From NCBI GenBank assembly GCA_963739455.1, contig CAVUAK010000003.1:128001-192000 (forward strand): a DNA stretch of 64,000 nt, given 5' to 3'. Below are positions 60,130 through 64,000 of this stretch, in pieces. The translations under genes and the position numbers were made by a program. The notes under the pieces were generated by a model. That model did no database searches. It had not been told where the DNA came from and worked only from the letters and a program-made list of their open reading frames with translations. Source of the DNA: an uncultured Gemmatimonadales bacterium. GTDB taxonomy: Bacteria; Gemmatimonadota; Gemmatimonadetes; Gemmatimonadales; GWC2-71-9. Each line of letters opens with the position of its first letter. Positions within the stretch are counted from its first letter, which is position 1.

Positions 60130-63100
60130 TTGATGGCCCGACGTCCCGTTTCCTTGCCCGGCAGGTTCATGCGTTCCATCGAGCACCCATGCCGACTGCT
60201 CGTCACTGCTTCGTGTTCCTGTGTGCCGCCGGCTCCCGGCGTCGCGCTGGCGCAGGGTACCCTGGACCCGGAGCCGCCGCAGCTATTCCACACGATGGGA
60301 CAGCCGCCGCGATGGAAGCCATATCTCGGCGCGTTCGCCGGCATCAACAACATCACGACCACCGACACGACCACCAGCGTCGGTGGACTCGGCCTCATCG
60401 GCCTGTACCGCGACCTCATCAATCCGCTGGTGGGTGTGGGTGTCGCCGCTGAAGCGTACGCAGGATCAATTGGGCAGCAGCTGGACGGTGGCGCGCGCCT
60501 CAACGTGGCACTTCCCGGTGGTCTTCCTGCAGGGCGGGGTGGACTACTCGATCAGCGACCATTCGTTTGCGTTCATCCTGAGCTTTGCCCTGCCGATCCG
60601 CCGGGGCGGCATCCTCGGGCTCGGCAGCCTCGCCCGCGTGGACTGGCTGCCGGCCAGGGGACAGACGGTCAACGTCGGCCTGCAGATACCGGTGCTGCAG
60701 CCGTGGGTGGGGAAGACCCGGCCCAAGGCGCAGGACATCACCATTCCCCGGGCACCGCACGCGCAGTTCGAGCGCTCGGACAGCATCGCGCAGGCGGACA
60801 CCACCGAGCCGGCCGCCGCGGCCCTCGCGCAGATGCGGCGCGAGGCGGTCTGGTACATCAACCTCATCAACGTCTTCTATACCGGGCTGGGCAAGTCCTA
60901 CGACGACGCCATCCAGACGCAGCGCGACACGATCGCGAGCTTCATCAAGGCGGCAGAGTCGCCCGACGCGCTGCACCCGCAAGGGCTGGAGTCCGTCGAA
61001 CGAGATGGACGTCTGGCATGCGCAGATGAAGGTCGCCTTTGCGGTGGCGGCCGGTACGCTCGGCCCTGCCTCGACCGCCCGCGGCGGGCGGGAATCCAGT
61101 TCCGGCAGCGGCACCGAAATCGCTCGCGCCGCCCGACGCGCCCTGCTCGACTCCGTACTCATTCCCTATGACGCGCGATTCGGGCAGTACAAGGACCCCA
61201 ACCAGATCACCGGCTACGGGTCACGGGGGCGGCTGGCGTTCGAGGCGTGGGTGTCGCGTCAGCGAGATCGCGCCCGATCGCGCAAGCCGCGGTGCTGGCG
61301 GTGTTCGACGGGATCATCGGGATCCTCGAGCAGTGCCGGCGGGAGCTGTACCGCGTCAACGGCACCGACTCGCGCCTCAACTGGATGCCGATGCAGTTCG
61401 CGCTCGAGGCCGATGAGCACGATGACCAGGAGGAGATCGACCGGCTCATCGAGCGGGTGGTGGACCGGCCGTTCACGCCGGCCAATGCGGCGGTGTTCAT
61501 GGCTGGGCAGCAGTTCCAGGTCGAGCTCGCAAACCAGATCGCGTCGGCGCGTTCCTACCAGGTGCTCTGGATTCACGAGTATCGCGGCATCACCGAGGAC
61601 GCTGCCCGACCGCGTCGGCGCGTTCCAGACGCTCAACTACCTGCGGGCGCTGCTGCGCGGGGTCGAGCGCTTCGACTCGCTCGGCCACATGCCGTCCTTC
61701 TTCATTTTCTACGACCAGAATTACTACGAGGCCGGCAAGTCGAAGATCTGGATGGACGTGCTGGAGAATCCGCTGCGGCACAACCTCAAGGTCCCGAAGG
61801 CGGACTCGTTGCATGGCGCGCCGGTTCGGCGCGCTGCAGGACAGCCTGCGGGAAGCCGTCGCCTCCTCGACGCGCCTGCAGGAACTGGCGCGGGTGCAGG
61901 GGAAGGCCTTCGTGGAGAAGCTCGTCCGGGTCAACGTGAGCATCACGCAGCCGTCCGACCTCAGCTTCCGGTCGACCCGCATCATCGGCGTACTGCCGAT
62001 CGCGGCCGACAACCTCGTGCGCGACCACCGCAAGGTCACCTTCTTCGACCTCAGCGAGGACGACCCGGCGGTCGGGCGAGCCGCGTTCACCGGCGTCGGG
62101 TGTGGCCCAGGGCTACGCGGATCCCACGTGGGACGACCGGGTCCTCGTCGTGGCGGGCCCGGCCACACTGACCCTCAAGGAGGACGCGCGCCGGCTGCTG
62201 CTGCGCAACGGCTTCACGCCCGACGAGATTCCGGAACCGCTGCGCGCGCGGGCGCTCGGCCCCGACTACGGCGCGAAGGTCGCCGCCCTTGAGGCGCAGG
62301 GTTTCTCGGCCCACGGCGTCCAGGTGCAGAACGACGTCGGCTTTGGCTGGAAGCGGGCGAGCGTCGTCGAAATGATGCTCATCACCCTGATGCCGCCGGG
62401 CAGCCTTATCTTCATTCCAGATTCGCTGTGGACCAGCCTGACCTACGCGTCGCACCTGGTGGCGGCCGCGCTCCGCGGCTGCCAGGTGTACCTGATTGCG
62501 CCGTCCTTCGCGAATTCGCCCGAGCGCCTCCTGGCTCACCGTGACGCGCAGCATGGACCTCCTCGGCCGGCTGCTCGAGGTGCAGAATCACCTGGCGGCT
62601 GAAATGGCGAAGGATGGCGGCGGACTGCGGGTGGGGATCTACACCAGGACATCGCCGGTCAACAACGCCGAGCTGCGATATGCGCGAGGTGGCGAGGACC
62701 TTCGACGCCAATCCGTGGCTCCAGCAGCTCTTCCTGATGACCGACACGCTGATGGCCGACCTCAATACGGCGCCGGCGCGGCTGCAGGCCTCGGGGTATG
62801 TGCCGCAGCGGATGGTCGAGGACAGCCTCGCCCGCCGGCCAAAGCTGCACGCCAAGACGCAGCTCTTCGCGACCGCCGCCACGCTGCAGGCCATCTCCCG
62901 CCTGCCGGACTATCAGCAGTACATGCGGGAGCAGTTCCAGTCCACGCTCGAGGTGCTCCACTCGCCGGAGAACATGGGCATGCCCGGACAGGCACGGGCC
63001 GGGAACTCGATGGCGCTGGAGCGGGCTTTCGGCAGGCTCACGCCTGCCCAGCGGGACAGCGCGATATTGTTCCTCACCGTCGGGTCGCAGAACAAGGATA

Positions 63101-63327
63101 CGCGCGGCCTGTTGCTCGACGGCGAGACCAACTTCATTGTGTCGGGTGCCTGGGCACTGCAGGCCTACACCGAGATGTTCTACTTCGTCGGAGTGACCAC
63201 GTGGATCGAGACCCAGGAACAGTTCAAGTCCCTGTTCCCGACGTACCCCGAGCGAGTTCGGCGGCTCGGGTTACCGGCTCCGGAAGGCCAGTTGATGCCC
63301 CAGCGGCGGAGTCCCGGCGCATGCTGA
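60130..63327 (+). CDS. Large secreted phospholipase-D-superfamily-like protein with a beta-strand-rich N-terminus; multiple frameshifts
   Basis: HRKVTFFD (HxKxxxxD, 62026-62049), LHAK (62845-62856) and VGSQNKD.R...LDGE. Consecutive ORF fragments join into about 1000 aa. Boundaries are approximate. Confidence 0.6.
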
Positions 63328-64000
63328 TGTTCGGCCTGTTGCTGGCGTTGCAGGGGACCCCCGTCGATACCACGTGCACCACGGCCGCGCTGTGCGAGCT
63401 GGTGGCGCGCGCGGCCGAGGTGAACCGGGTGCCCGGGCGTCTCGCTACGTATACGGCACGTGTCGAGCTCGAGGCGGCGATCATCAGCGTCAAGGAGACG
63501 TTCGTCGACGGGCCCACCGCGGTCCAGCAGGTGGCGACGGATGTCCGCTGGGAGCGGAACGGGCCCTTCACCGCAGCACGGCATCGGCGCACGCAGCCGG
63601 TACAGCCTCGTGCCGCTGTCGCGCATCCGGTACCTGCTGCTCGGCTGGATCGCGCCGCTGACGTACGGCGACCGCTTCCCCATCTTCGGCCGGCAGGGCG
63701 CCAGCGACGTCTCGGACCCGGTTCCGAACGACGTCGATCCCGGCGCTGATCTACGCCGTTCACCCGCTCGCCAGCGACCGCGCCGATTACTACCGGTACC
63801 TGAGCGCGGACACGATGACGGTGATGTTCCCCGACAGCGTGAGCCGCTCCGTCATCCGCATCAGGGTGACGCTCGCAAGCGTCCCCACCGAGCGTCACCT
63901 GCTCGTGGATGGCTTCATCGACCTCGACGCGGCAACGCTGCAGACCGCTGCCATCAGGTCGAAGCTGGTCTCCACCGGCCAACCGTACCGGGCGCAGCGA
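63321..64000 (+). CDS. Hypothetical secreted protein; frameshifted and truncated by window end
   Basis: MLMFGLLLALQG signal-like start; coding-like continuation in shifted frames (AVHPLA...YYRY...DT). Confidence 0.55.

Overview
GC-rich bacterial chromosomal segment with about 60 protein-coding genes. Gene content and style suggest Gemmatimonadota, but that is inference. It is mostly housekeeping and envelope genes: pckG, nfo, ftsE-ftsX-envC, a waaF-like gene, lepA, mfd, two PPIases (one SurA-like), pdxA, hisG-hisZ and hisD, typA and ppk2. It also holds two c-di-GMP enzymes, an ArsR/SRPBCC/OsmC module, a CYTH-like gene with a short-chain chromate-transporter pair, M1/M10/M56 peptidases and a PLD-like protein. 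I saw no rRNA, tRNA, CRISPR array, transposase or integrase. Many single-base frameshifts, denser past ~56 kb, look like long-read assembly errors. The most unusual signal is a set of short (7-15 bp) tandem-repeat arrays at gene junctions, often in inverted pairs and with consistent strand polarity. One pair, (GTGAGGG)3 ... (CCTCACC)17, brackets a lone four-helix-bundle (IVP/Avd-like) gene between the stop codons of pdxA and hisG. A structurally similar pair with no gene inside sits between another convergent gene pair. Together these suggest a candidate repeat-flanked four-helix-bundle cassette system.
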